A DNA stretch of 63,986 bases, counting the filler, from Octopus bimaculoides (lineage: Eukaryota): NCBI RefSeq assembly GCF_001194135.2. It is 5 parts of 5 records of this genome, joined end to end, with 100 filler letters (N's around TTAATTAATTAA, not from the genome) between each part and the next. Parts side by side here need not be neighbours in the genome. Positions count along the whole stretch, not along the records: positions 44,525 to 60,629 come from NC_068998.1; positions 60,730 to 63,986 come from NC_068981.1; 3 more parts are not named here. The stretch is one strand, 5' to 3'. This document shows, in pieces, positions 51,529 through 63,986 of this stretch. The translations under genes were made by a program, and so were the position numbers. Positions within the stretch are counted from its first letter, which is position 1. Every line of letters starts with the position of its first letter. The notes under the pieces are model-generated. The model saw only the letters and a list, made by a program, of their open reading frames with translations, ran no database searches and was not told where the DNA came from.

Positions 51529-54500
51529 AGAGAGAGAGAGAGGCATTGAGAAAACCATTCATGCTTGTTTGAGTGTGACCGTGTTTCTGTGTGCATATGT
51601 GTATGTATGTTTGTCTGCGTATGTGTGTGTATATGTATGCGTGCATGTGTGTGCATAAGTGAGAATGGGAGACAGTAGAACAAAAATTGTAAGTGGATTT
51701 ACCTGTAGCTCACAGCGGGAGAAAAAAAAACAGAAGAGAATTGGAAATGATGGCACGTGTGTGTATTAATGAGAAATAATAGAAATGAAGACAAAGATGG
51801 AGTTTATGTGTATAAGAGAAAAGGAGAAAGGTATAAAATTATACACAGGGTGTTTATGCGTACGATTAGAGGAGAAGAAGAAAGAAAGAGGGAGCAAGAG
51901 ACAATTTCAAATGGAATTGTATTAAGATATGATATTGAGAGGATGGATATCCTGAATACCGGATGAGTTGAGAAAGACAATTGTTGACACCTAAGCTTGG
52001 AGTATATCTATGTCACGTACTTATGGGTTTCGATCAGCTTAAATGTATGGATTAATAAACGCATGGCTAGAAATTGGAGAGAGAAGGAACGTTATATAAG
52101 AACACTTGAAAAGTTACCAATATGATGAATGGGCGAATATATGCACTGCTCGCCAAGGGATCGACAAGTCTCACAATTATTTACGCTATTACACGCTTCA
52201 ATAAACCATTCGCTATTATATGCACGAATAAATTTATTTTTCTTACTTTCATGAGAGTATTACTGAAACGAAGAAATCATAGAAGATAATTATATATTTA
52301 ATTATTTACGTCATAAGCAAATAACATCTTACATTACTACAAGGACATGCAATGTGTCGGAAGAAGATGTAATTTATTATACTGTACATCTGTAAGTGAT
52401 GAATTCTTGTTTCATCGACTTAGGTAAAACAAAACAAGGATCGTTGCTAGCAATATTTGAATTAAGATCAGAAAACATTCATGGATAAATTTAAATACTT
52501 TCAGATATTTCATTGAACTTTCCAATATTCTAAAAAGACACTTACATTTATGTATCTTTAAATGTTAAGAACAGGTTTGCTAATGTAGTTTGAAATTTGA
52601 CAAAGCTGAAGGAAAACGATCAACATCAGAAAGCCATTGATCATAAGACAGTTGGGTGTACCTGGCATGATGTCAAGCAACGATGATATCATCCACAAGA
52701 ACAAAGCCTTTATATTAATGAAAGTTGCTTCTTAACAGTCGCTTAACCTACTGAAAATACCAGCCAAAATTTTCTTCAAACTACAACTTGTCCTCTTAAA
52801 GATATAAGAACAAATACGATGAATGCAGTTTTTGCTTCATTTTTATACAAATATGAGAGGTGTTCGTAAGTGGAAAATATTTGTTTATATGTCCGTCTTG
52901 TCAGAGCTGAACTGACAAGAACTGAACAACAGCAGCTTTGATAGTAAATAAGTAACAATCATTGTTTGTGTGTTTAAAATGCGTGGCTGTGTAGTAAAAG
53001 TTTGCTTCGTAGCCATATGGTTCCGGATTCGGTTCCAGTGCGTGACACCTTGTTCAGTAGTCTTTTAGTATAGCCTCAGGTCGACCAAAGCCTTGTGAGT
53101 GGATTTAGTAGACGGAAACTGAAAGAGGGTCGTCGTGTATATGCGTGCGTGTGTGCGTCTGTGTGAGTGTTTGTCCCCTACCACCGCTTGACAACTGGTC
53201 TTGTTATGTTTACGTCCTCATTAACGTAGAGGTTCGGCAAAAGAGCTCACACTTTAAAAGAAAATAAGTACTAGGGTCGATTAGTACGACTAAAATTCCT
53301 CTAGGCATTGCCCCAGCATGGTCGCAGTCTTATAACAGGTGAGATTTAGATTTAAATTCCTTTTTTCTTTGAAAACTTGAGATTCATTTGATTTCTCCAT
53401 ATTTCGTTTGGTGTGGTCCCCGCACTAACGTTCCAACGATTCTATGAAAGAAAATATATGGAATCATACGACAGTGTTTAGATATAGAATGCATAACGGG
53501 CATAAATATCATGTTGATTATTTCAAGATGAGTTTTGAATGATTATCATCTATATTTTAGAACAATATTCAAATTAGATTACAATGTATTTGCATATGCG
53601 ACACAACCAAGGAGCGAAGGATCTTCTCTGAATTTACTAAACCTGTTAAAACTAAAAGCAACATGCCCTTACAGAATTATAGGAGGCCTTTAATAAATCA
53701 TATCCCATAAAAGATTGATTGGTTGTAGCTAAAAGACCTTCTTTTGGTTTGCCTTTCAATTAAAGCCAACTTGAAGCCAGAATACAACAAACAGCAAGAG
53801 GAACATATAGACGCGCATATTTAAACTAATCCAAATGCAGATACCAATTATTAATACATTAGAATTAATTTAGAAGGTTACTTGAAATAAATTACAAGGC
53901 ATGCAGGCTATTACGGTATATTATTATTGAACTAAATGTTATATTACTTTATATTAAATGGCAAATAAGTAATATACTAATGGATTATTAGTAATGCACT
54001 GAAGTTGTATTAATGTGCTAAATGTTCGACTATGATGATATTTTACTTTACATATTGAAGTAATTGTTCAAATTCTATAGACGTAACAGCTTTTAGCTAG
54101 TCGCAATTCGAAAGCATTCGCAACTGAAATCATAATAGATTACAGAATATTGGTTTCAAAGCTTGGCACAAGGCCAGCAATTTCGAAAGAGAGACTAAAT
54201 TGAATAAATCGACTCCAGTGCACAACTGGTACTTATTTTTATCGACCTCGAAAGGATGAAAGCAAAGTCGACACCGGCAGCATTTGACCTCAGAACGTAA
54301 AGACGGACTAAATACCGCTAGGCATTTTACCCAACGTGCTAACTACTCTGCCAGCAAGCCACCTTAGATAGCAGACTAATGACAATAAGATTCATCCTAC
54401 TTATCCATTCACCTTATAAGGTATTAGCTTCTGGTTGCTGATGAATCCTATTAGATTATTGTAATACAAACAGGAATTATAATATATACACCGTGCATAA

Positions 54501-54950
54501 CTATATAATTATATAATGACATTGGTTATGTTGGCCAAATATTTTAGAAAACAGAGCTAACAGAGCAAGAGGTGCTGTGATTAGCATACCTACTTTGAAG
54601 ACAGGAAGTGAAGGAGGAATTCTTCTACTTAAAGAATTTTACAATTCTCATGCATATCAGTCTTTCCTATTATCATAAACCTAATTTTATTATTGTGATT
54701 CCTTTATTACATACTCTTAAATATTCTAACTTTAACTGAAACATCATACAAACTCATACACAACTATATCTGTTTAATGACAGATAATGCGGAGCAGTTA
54801 TGAATTCCGAACATTATCCGTTGAGAAGTGCAGCAGATTTAAGACGCTTCTTAGTATATAAATCATACTTATTTTAGAATTAAAAAAAACTAAATGATTT
54901 TGAATAGATAATATAAAGTGATGAATTGAAACAATAGAAGCTATTTGCAG

Positions 54951-55016
54951 ATGTCAACCACTTCAACTACTCCACAGCTTTTACAGCTCCGCCACCGGGA
55001 TATAATTCCAAATGAG
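54951..55016 (+). other. Candidate isolated 66-nt exon (MSTTSTTPQLLQLRHRDIIPNE)
   Basis: tttgcag|ATG...GAG|GTAAGT; open frame of exactly 22 codons; no partner exons or homology recognised. Confidence 0.3.
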
Positions 55017-55186
55017 GTAAGTATAAGATTCCTGATTATATACATTGCACAATGAAGCTCGAAAGTGTCATATGTGTGTGTATGTTCACACAGACACACA
55101 CACGCACATATGCATGTATATATTCATACATATATATTTATATATATATTCATATATACAAGACACTTTCAAATTTATCAGAATAT

Positions 55187-55249
55187 TTGGACTGAAGATT
55201 GGAATAGTGAAATTTTCATTCGCTTAACCATGAAACGATTCGTATCCAA
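55187..55249 (+). ncRNA. Type I hammerhead motif (copy 1)
   Basis: TTGGA-CTGAAGA-T-TGG(...inner hairpin AGTGAA/TTCATT...)CCA-T-GAAA-CGATTCG-T-A^TCCAA. Confidence 0.8.
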
Positions 55250-55811
55250 TTAACTAAAAACTTGTTTTGTTTACGCTTTTCCCTCCGGTTTTTTTGTTCT
55301 ATGTGTGCCATAAATATCGCCATCCGTTTAGAGAAAAATTTGTAGTTTAGAATCAGTAGTTTTTTGACTGCTATTTCTAAATTTTCAGTATGTTGGAGAA
55401 GCAACTCAATGCTAATCCCTGTATATTTATGATATATTCATATATATATANNNNNNNNNNNNNNNNNNNNNNNNNNNNNNNNNNNNNNNNNNNNNNNNNN
55501 NNNNNNNNNNNNNNNNNNNNNNNNNNNNNNNNNNNNNNNNNNNNNNNNNNNNNNNNNNNNNNNNNNNNNNNNNNNNNNNNNNNNNNNNNNNNNNNNNNNN
55601 NNNNNNNNNNNNNNNNNNNNNNNNNNNNNNNNNNNNNNNNNNNNNNNNNNNNNNNNNNNNNNNNNNNNNNNNNNNNNNNNNNNNNNNNNNNNNNNNNNNN
55701 NNNNNNNNNNNNNNNNNNNNNNNNNNNNNNNNNNNNNNNNNNNNNNNNNNNNNCATATATATTTATATATATATTCATATATACAAGACACTTTCAAATT
55801 TATCAGAATAT

Positions 55812-55874
55812 TTGGACTGAAGATTGGAATAGTGAAATTTTCATTCGCTTAACCATGAAACGATTCGTATCCAA
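55812..55874 (+). ncRNA. Type I hammerhead motif (copy 2, identical to 55187-55249)
   Basis: Same sequence, 625 nt downstream across an N gap. Confidence 0.7.
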
Positions 55875-56344
55875 TTAACTAAAGAGTTGTTTTGTTTACG
55901 CTTTTCCCTCCGGTTTTTTGTTCTATGTGTGCCATAAATATCGCCATCCGTTTAGAGAAAAATTTGTAGTTTAGAATCAGTAGTTTTTTGACTGCTATTT
56001 CTAAATTTTCAGTATGTTGGAGAAGCAACTCAATGCTAATCCCTGTATATTTATGATATATTCATATATATATACACAGAAACACACACGCACATAGATA
56101 TACATATATAAAGATACACACACACACACACATATATATATGTATATATATTCAAACGCATATGAATGTGAGCGTATGCGTCTGTGAGCGAGTTTGTATG
56201 TAAAGGTATGTGTAAGCCTGAAATGTATAAACTCATGTTAATGCAGGAATGTTAGAAAGATATTGTCAATTTCGAACGTAATCTCAACTATAGAACGCAG
56301 TCATAAATTAGAGATATAAATGTTACTGTGTATGTTTGTGCGTA

Positions 56345-56346
56345 TT

Positions 56347-56424
<78 letters not shown>

Positions 56425-56543
56425 AATCTCTCTCTCTCTCAATCTCTCTCTCTCTCTCTCTCTCTCTCAATCTCTCTCTCTCCCTCTCTCAATCTCTCTC
56501 TTTCTCTCTCTCTCCCTCTCTCCCTCTCTCTCTTTCTCTCTCC

Positions 56544-56579
<36 letters not shown>

Positions 56580-56580
56580 G
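56345..56580. repeat. (CT)n microsatellite
   Basis: Direct reading. Confidence 0.95.
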
Positions 56581-57887
56581 TACGCGTTAGCATTGAGGTA
56601 AGCAACGTAGATCTTGTTTTAAATATGAAGAACAGTCTGAGGTAGACGGAATCGATGCCCTTTCTCTATTACTTGCTGTGGCAGCATACTACAAAAATGC
56701 TTCAAATGGGTTCTCACATATCTGTCAAAGCTACAAACAATGACGTTTTAGAATATAACATCGCAGTACTTCATTATCAGTTTGCCCATTGGTGCTTAAT
56801 AACAATTATTGTGTCTGCGACATAAAGCAAAAGATGGGATATACATAATATTTAGCCCTTGCATAAATAGTTAAAATGACACACACACCCTCCCACACAC
56901 ACATACACACATATATGCACACACACATCCGCACACGCACATATATATATATACATATATATACATACATATATATATACATATGTATATATATATATGT
57001 ATATGTATATGTGCATATATATATATATATATATANNNNNNNNNNNNNNNNNNNNNNNNNNNNNNNNNNNNNNNNNNNNNNNNNNNNNNNNNNNNNNNNN
57101 NNNNNNNNNNNNNNNNNNNNNNNNNNNNNNNNNNNNNNNNNNNNNNNNNNNNNNNNNNNNNNNNNNNNNNNNNNNNNNNNNNNNNNNNNNNNNNNNNNNN
57201 NNNNNNNNNNNNNNNNNNNNNNNNNNNNNNNNNNNNNNNNNNNNNNNNNNNNNNNNNNNNNNNNNNNNNNNNNNNNNNNNNNNNNNNNNNNNNNNNNNNN
57301 NNNNNNNNNNNNNNNNNNNNNNNNNNNNNNNNNNNNNNNNNNNNNNNNNNNNNNNNNNNNNNNNNNNNNNNNNNNNNNNNNNNNNNNNNNNNNNNNNNNN
57401 NNNNNNNNNNNNNNNNNNNNNNNNNNNNNNNNNNNNNNNNNNNNNNNNNNNNNNNNNNNNNNNNNNNNNNNNNNNNNNNNNNNNNNNNNNNNNNNNNNNN
57501 NNNNNNNNNNNNNNNNNNNNNNNNNNNNNNNNNNNNNNNNNNNNNNNNNNNNNNNNNNNNNNNNNTATCAATTTATTAATTAATAAATCAATTAACAATT
57601 AATAATTTTTACCAAGCCCATCGGTATGAAAGCACCATTATTGGTGGAGAACTTATTTAAAAGCTCATATATATTTATAAATATATATATATATATATAT
57701 TCAATAATAGGACGAATTCTTTTACAAGAATTTATCAAGTAGCTAGCATGAAAAAAACTCATAAGGGAAAAATCCATCATTTATTCCCGAAATACATATT
57801 TATATTTATATAAGGGCATTACTATACAAGAATGCCTCACGCTATGAGGGATTCTAAGGTCAGACTACCATAAAAAGCACAGCCTAA

Positions 57888-57948
57888 ATTATACATCATG
57901 ATTTCGTAGTTATTGTAGTATTATACAACCTCTACTCGTCAGTATAAT
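57888..57948 (-). ncRNA. Type I hammerhead motif with G at the cleavage position (probably inactive)
   Basis: Minus strand ATTATA-CTGACGA-GTAG(agg TTGTA taatac TACAA taa)CTAC-GAAA-TCATGA-T-G-TATAAT. Canonical G10.1-C11.1, palindromic ATCATGAT. Confidence 0.78.
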
Positions 57949-58524
57949 AAGGTCAAGAAAAATAGAAGTAAACAGAAAATCAACATAGCAAACGAACATC
58001 GTGTATCCAATATAGTATATAGAAGACTGTTCATCTCTATATTTCCCTATGTAAGTGGCGGGAATTTCGAATTGCATCTCGGTAAATATGCTTTTTTCTC
58101 AAAATAAATCAGTACTGAATATATTCTGGTAATATATTTAAATTCAATAATAGGACGAATTCTTTTACAAGAATTTATCAAGTAGCTAGCGTGAAAAAAG
58201 CATATTTANNNNNNNNNNNNNNNNNNNNNNNNNNNNNNNNNNNNNNNNNNNNNNNNNNNNNNNNNNNNNNNNNNNNNNNNNNNNNNNNNNNNNNNNNNNN
58301 NNNNNNNNNNNNNNNNNNNNNNNNNNNNNNNNNNNNNNNNNNNNNNNNNNNNNNNNNNNNNNNNNNNNNNNNNNNNNNNNNNNNNNNNNNNNNNNNNNNN
58401 NNNNNNNNNNNNNNNNNNNNNNNNNNNNNNNNNNNNNNNNNNNNNNNNNNNNNNNNNNNNNNNNNNNNNNNNNNNNNNNNNNNNNNNNNNNNNNNNNNNN
58501 NNNNNNNNNNNNNNNNNNNNNNNN

Positions 58525-58555
<31 letters not shown>

Positions 58556-58729
58556 CGGAGATGTACTTGTATAGCAAGTCAAGTGATTTGAGATCGTGTG
58601 CTGAATCGAAAAAAATTGCTCTGTGGAAGGTGTTTATAAGCCATTTAAAAACACACAAAAACCGTTAGATTCACTTGAACATTTAAATTGAATTTGCCAT
58701 AATATTTTCGTTGCTTTGACACGGCGACA

Positions 58730-59775
58730 TGATAGTGACAAAATAATGGAAACACCTTAAAATTTTCAAAGAAATTAATTTTAATGTCGGGTGGGACTAC
58801 CTTTGGCATTAATTACAGCTTGAATTCTATGAGGTATGGACTCGTACACAGTTTGAATTGTGTCCAAAGGAATTTTTGTCCATTCTTCAGCTAAAACAGT
58901 CTCCAGTTCTTGTAATGACGATGGTGGAGGGTATCGACTTCTTACGTGTTTTTCTAAAAATGCACTGTAAATGTTCAATAATATTGAGGTCTGGGGACAG
59001 TGGTAACCAGATAAGATGTTCAACTTCACTGAAAGATTGCGTTTCCCTCCGCAAACAGTTCCGCGACTATAGGGTCAAATGATTCTTTTGGCCGTCTCCA
59101 CACGTATATTTGGCTGGTGGTCGGAAATAAGGTAAAGGATGACTCGGCCGAGACAATAACACTCCTCCACTACTCTAGGGACCATTTTTTATGCTTTACG
59201 CTTTGCAAAATTTGTTTTTGAAAGTGGTGGTTTTCTTACAGCAGCCCTCCTGTGAAATCCTACTTTGTGCAGCTCCCAAGTAACAGGTTTTGTGGAAACT
59301 GGGTTCTCCTGATAATCATTAAGTTCTACAGTAATTTTGGGAGCTGTTCTTTAGTGATCCTTTCTAACAATTTGCGTAAGAGTGCGAAGGTCCCTATTTG
59401 AAAGTTTTGGCTTTCTTCTGGACTTTTGTCTCGACGAGGAGGTTTTTCCCTCTTTCTCAAAGGCTGTCATTACTTTTGAGACAGTACTTCTTGATTCACA
59501 AACATTTCGGCTGTTTTCGTTACGCTAGTGCCTGCCATGCGAGCACCAATAATTTAACCACTTTGAAAGTCCGATAGATCTGTCATATTAATGAATTTTT
59601 ACTACCTTTTTCTGATGCTATCTGAAAAGAAACAGCAATTTTAACAAAACATATTAAGCAACACTTATAATAAATCAAAACACATAAAGATAAACAAGTT
59701 TTTGACGATTTTATAGATGTTTCAAAATTATGATGCTATGATGTTAGAAGTTTCCATTATTTTCTCCAACCCCTG
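58730..59775 (-). mobile_element. Decayed Tc1-like transposon
   Basis: C-terminus LEKHVRSRYPPPSSLQELETVLAEEWTKIP..SIPHRIQAVINAKG. Right TIR tttccattattttctccaacccctg-TA, degraded left TIR aaataatggaaacacc. Confidence 0.85.
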
Positions 59776-60729
59776 TATATATACTATTTATATACTAACT
59801 GGCACTCCGTCCGTTACGACGACGCCGGTTTCAATTGATCCCATCAACGGAACAGCCTGTTCGTGAAATTAATGTGCAAGTGACTGAGTACTCCACAGAC
59901 ACGTGTCACATTTAACCATCCCTCTACCAGTGCGATTCAGCGTGACACAGAATGTGACAAGGCTGGCCCTTTGGAATACAGGTACGACTCATTTTTGCCA
60001 GCGAAGTGGACAGGAGCAGTGTGAAATAAAGTGTCTTGCTCAAGAACAGAACGCATTGCCTGGAACTGACCCTACGATATTACGATCGTAAACCGAATAC
60101 CCTAACCACATGCTCCTTCACACATACCATACACACACACACACATGTATATATACACGCATATATATATACGCTTGTATACTCACAAACGCATATGTAT
60201 ATATGTATGTTAACGTGCATGTATGTATATTCTCTTCTGTTCTTAATTATTTGTATTCTTCCGTTGTATCAAGCAAACATACAAAGCTCCATGTCACAAT
60301 TTACACATGAGGTGAGTCTTGCATAATTTTACTGCTCACCTTACAGATTGTATTTTTAATGTCCGAGTTAACTGGATCAGTTTCTGGCTTTTTTGTCTGA
60401 AAACACTAAGTTATCCAAACTGCTACTTAGCCATTTACTCACAAAACCAAGTCCACCAATTATTATTCCCGAACTGTCTTTCTAGTTGTAAACATTCTAC
60501 AAAACCTTTATGTTGCGCTCTGGACGTGTCTTTTTCCCCTTTGTTTCATTTATCTGGACATGAATTGTAAACACAGACGAGTTGTCCTTACAAAAATTTA
60601 AAATAACAGTGCAAATATATATATATATANNNNNNNNNNNNNNNNNNNNNNNNNNNNNNNNNNNNNNNNNNNNTTAATTAATTAANNNNNNNNNNNNNNN
60701 NNNNNNNNNNNNNNNNNNNNNNNNNNNNN

Positions 60730-61027
60730 ACGTACATATACATGAGTCCAAGAATTAATATCAGAAGGAACGAAACTTTTGATATTCTGTAATTTGTAAA
60801 AGAAGGAACATCAGAAAGAAATCTCTTGAGCCGGGTTACATAATTGTTAATGTCTTCATTAAAAGAACTGGTTTCTTCAAACATTTGACCAGGTAGAGTT
60901 AATGTTGTTCCATACAAAAGTTCAGCAGGAGAATTTTGTCAACTTTCTTTAACAGCACTCCCGATTCCTAACAATGTCACTGGTAAAGCTTCTAACCAAC
61001 TGCTAGAATCAGAATAAGTTCTTAATG
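60730..61027 (-). mobile_element. Duplicate of Gypsy segment 61448-61745
   Basis: Same sequence at offset 718, bounded by N gaps; probably an assembly overlap. Confidence 0.7.
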
Positions 61028-61106
61028 NNNNNNNNNNTTACTTTTGAAGTAGGAATCTATATTGATAAACACATCACTTATAACTTACTTATCATTATGC
61101 ATAAAT

Positions 61107-62010
61107 TCAAACAAACTGAGAAAGTCTTTTAGGAAAATGTACAATTCTACCACTTCTAGTTTTCTTTTCGCTGGTAGGTGATTTTAAAATTGCCTTGTGG
61201 ATCTTTTCCTCAACCTTAAGTTTGCTGTCTTGTGAATTGTTCTGTTTCAAGTTATTTTGGAATGTGTTGCTCAAATCTTTATTTTCATGACATGAAGACT
61301 GATCGAAATAAGCTTTTTTAACTCCGTCTAAACTGACAATTTCCTTTTTACCATGCATATCCAAAGTCATAGTTTTATCTTTAATTGACAAAACTTTAAA
61401 AGGTCCAGTGTATTTTTATTCTTCAGTGAATGATGACTGGCATCATTACGTACATATACATGAGTCCAAGAATTAATATCAGAAGGAACGAAACTTTTGA
61501 TATTCTGTAATTTGTAAAAGAAGGAACATCAGAAAGAAATCTCTTGAGCCGGGTTACATAATTGTTAATGTCTTCATTAAAAGAACTGGTTTCTTCAAAC
61601 ATTTGACCAGGTAGAGTTAATGTTGTTCCATACAAAAGTTCAGCAGGAGAATTTTGTCAACTTTCTTTAACAGCACTCCCGATTCCTAACAATGTCACTG
61701 GTAAAGCTTCTAACCAACTGCTAGAATCAGAATAAGTTCTTAATGAAGATTTCAACTGCCTCTGAAACATTTCTATCATGCCGTTAGATTCTGGATGATA
61801 CGAAGTTGTACGAATTCTATGAATACCTAACAATTTGTTGAATTCTGCGAAAAGTGTAGACTCAAATTGTCTTCCACGATCTGTCGTCAATGTGTTGGGT
61901 ATGCCGAATCTAGACATCCAATTGGTAAATAAAGTTCTTGCTATAGTTACTGCAGATATGTCTTTGATTGGATAAGCTTCTGGCCATCGCGAAAAAGATC
62001 TATGCATGTT
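61107..62010 (-). mobile_element. Ty3/Gypsy integrase fragment (decayed)
   Basis: [39 protein letters not shown] (DDE core), then YGTTLTLPG, and C-terminal TRSGRIVHFPKRL-stop. Confidence 0.92.
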
Positions 62011-62327
62011 AACAAATAAATATTACCTTCCGCTGGAGGTAATGTAAATAATGTACATAAATCCTCATCTCTTAAGTATAGAACTGAAAAGAAAAAGAAT
62101 TATTATGACCTGAAAATGTCATATGGACCTCGGTTGAGACCCACTGCTGTAAAAGTTAACTTTTATAAGTCTCTTTGAAGTAATATCAGGCAATGCTTCA
62201 CCAAAACTATTCTAATTTTGAGATATAGATGTGGTTGTGTGGCTCCTTTGGCAAGTGTCTTCTATAGCTGAGGGCTGACCAAAGCCTTGTGAGTGGATTT
62301 TGTAGATGGAAAGTGAAAACCATCGTA

Positions 62328-62380
<53 letters not shown>

Positions 62381-63915
62381 TTTGTTGTGGCCATGAAGAG
62401 GATACCTTATGGTGGCGGTGTCTTAGATTTTCAGTCAATCAATCGACCTATTGGCAAGATTACATTCACGAAACCACCCAAAGGTATACCTGAAACAACT
62501 GTAAGACTCTAATAAATAACAAATAAATACATAAACTCATTATATCTCTCTATTTCTTATAGATAGGCAAAGATAGAAAGATACACCAATGGTAGGGTGG
62601 GGTTGCGGAAACGAAGACTGAGTAAAAAGTGTCAAAATGGCAGCAGTGAGGGAGAGCGCTTATAGATATCAATGGTGATGGTGATTAAGTTTAGTGGTGA
62701 CGATGACAATGAAGATGAGAGCTGGCTTTTTTATATGCAACTACCCCTCAAATTTACACGTGCTGACTTGATTTTCATATTCAAATTCAGCCATGCTGGT
62801 TGCTGTATCACGATTTCACATATGCTGGCTTCCATACCCTAGTTTCATACATTCTGTCTTCCACACCACAGTTCTATACGGGCTTCAATACACTAGATTC
62901 ACACATAGTGGCCCCCATACTTCTGTTTTACCCTAGCCGGTTTCAGTGCTTTAATTTCACACATGTTGGCTTCCATACCTCATTTTCTCGCAATACTCCA
63001 GTTTCAACATGAAAGATTGCAGCCTTGTTGTTAAACCAGGATATACAATTGCAGTTTGTTTGCATCACTAATGCCCAATCTCACTCATGCTGCGAGATTT
63101 AAGAGGCCTTACATAAGCACGCATTTAAACAGATAAGGTTTGTTGACACTCCTGGCTGGTTGTTGTTACATGCATATACATATAATTTCACTGACGTCAG
63201 AAAGGTCATTCTATGACAATTTATAGTCATGCTTGTCCCGCATGACAATTATATATCGACTAGAAATCTCACTCAAAGACAAGACTAGGAACACAAAGGC
63301 GTCCAAAGGTGGAGTAGCATCGTTGAAGATGGACAACGTTTTGTAAAAAAATCAATAGTTGCTGAAAATACTCGCAAATTATTTATTGATTGGATGCAAA
63401 ATTTTCTAAATCACTTATTTTTTTACACGTGTTCAGGAATTCATACATAGTATGTTGCTTAGCCACAGATCAGCCCAGATCATGAAGGTTTATGATGAAA
63501 GAAGTTAATCCAACTGTTACCATTTCCTCATTTTTCAAATAGTGTACATCTGAAATAACATGACCTCAGGTGCCACCACGCCTTTCATGCGGTAGGGTAT
63601 CTTAGGGAAAACTGGCTACTACTGTTAGCAGGTATAGTAACCGGTCAAGTAAAATTCTTCAAGGCGCTGCTCCAGCACGGCCTGTATCAAAAGATTGAAA
63701 CACATAAAAAACACGGTACACTGTGTATCATGTTGATTCTGCCTGAGTATTATGTTCAGGATACATATGCCTGTGGAATACTCAGCCACTTCCAGAGCAA
63801 ACTATTCATTTGATTGAATTACTGAATCCTCATCGTCGAACGACTGAGATCCACCACTACCGTAATGCACTCAAGCCTACGTATGTGTGCATGTGTATGT
63901 GTAGTTTTGTGAGCA

Positions 63916-63986
<71 letters not shown>

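Noticed and set aside
54438-54475. CTGATGA followed by a TCCT/AGGA stem
   Set aside because: No GAAA or stem III.
60730-61027. Apparent tandem duplication in the Gypsy integrase
   Set aside because: Identical copy bounded by gaps; most likely assembly overlap, so not reported as a finding.

Overview
Eukaryotic, AT-rich, gap-riddled genomic scaffold. The SINE, LINE and microsatellite content suggests a cephalopod, most likely Octopus (inference, not verified by search). One host gene is well supported: the 3' six coding exons of a branched-chain amino acid aminotransferase (BCAT, + strand, 5956-17139). They splice in frame and include the PLP-lysine and CXXC motifs; the upstream exons are outside the window or in gaps. 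The rest is repeat-derived: four tRNA-/RTE-type SINE families, decayed Tc1/mariner elements and MITEs, a hAT MITE with a perfect 8-bp TSD, R4/Dong-like LINE fragments in (AAT)n tracts, RTE fragments, a Gypsy integrase fragment and a near full-length decayed Penelope-like element (PLE). The most striking unannotated signal is a set of type I hammerhead ribozyme (HHR) motifs found by eye: 8 with complete cores (2920, 20322, 22125, 22347, 44564, 50427, 55187, 55812), one with a G at the cleavage position (57888), plus partial copies. They come from several unrelated sequence families. Most carry palindromic stem III, several share a U.U mismatch closing stem II, and several sit in inverted or direct-repeat architectures. 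All folds were derived by manual pairing, not computation. Most ORF-track entries are microsatellite or gap artefacts. SINE coordinates are approximate. No CRISPR, rRNA or true tRNA genes were seen.
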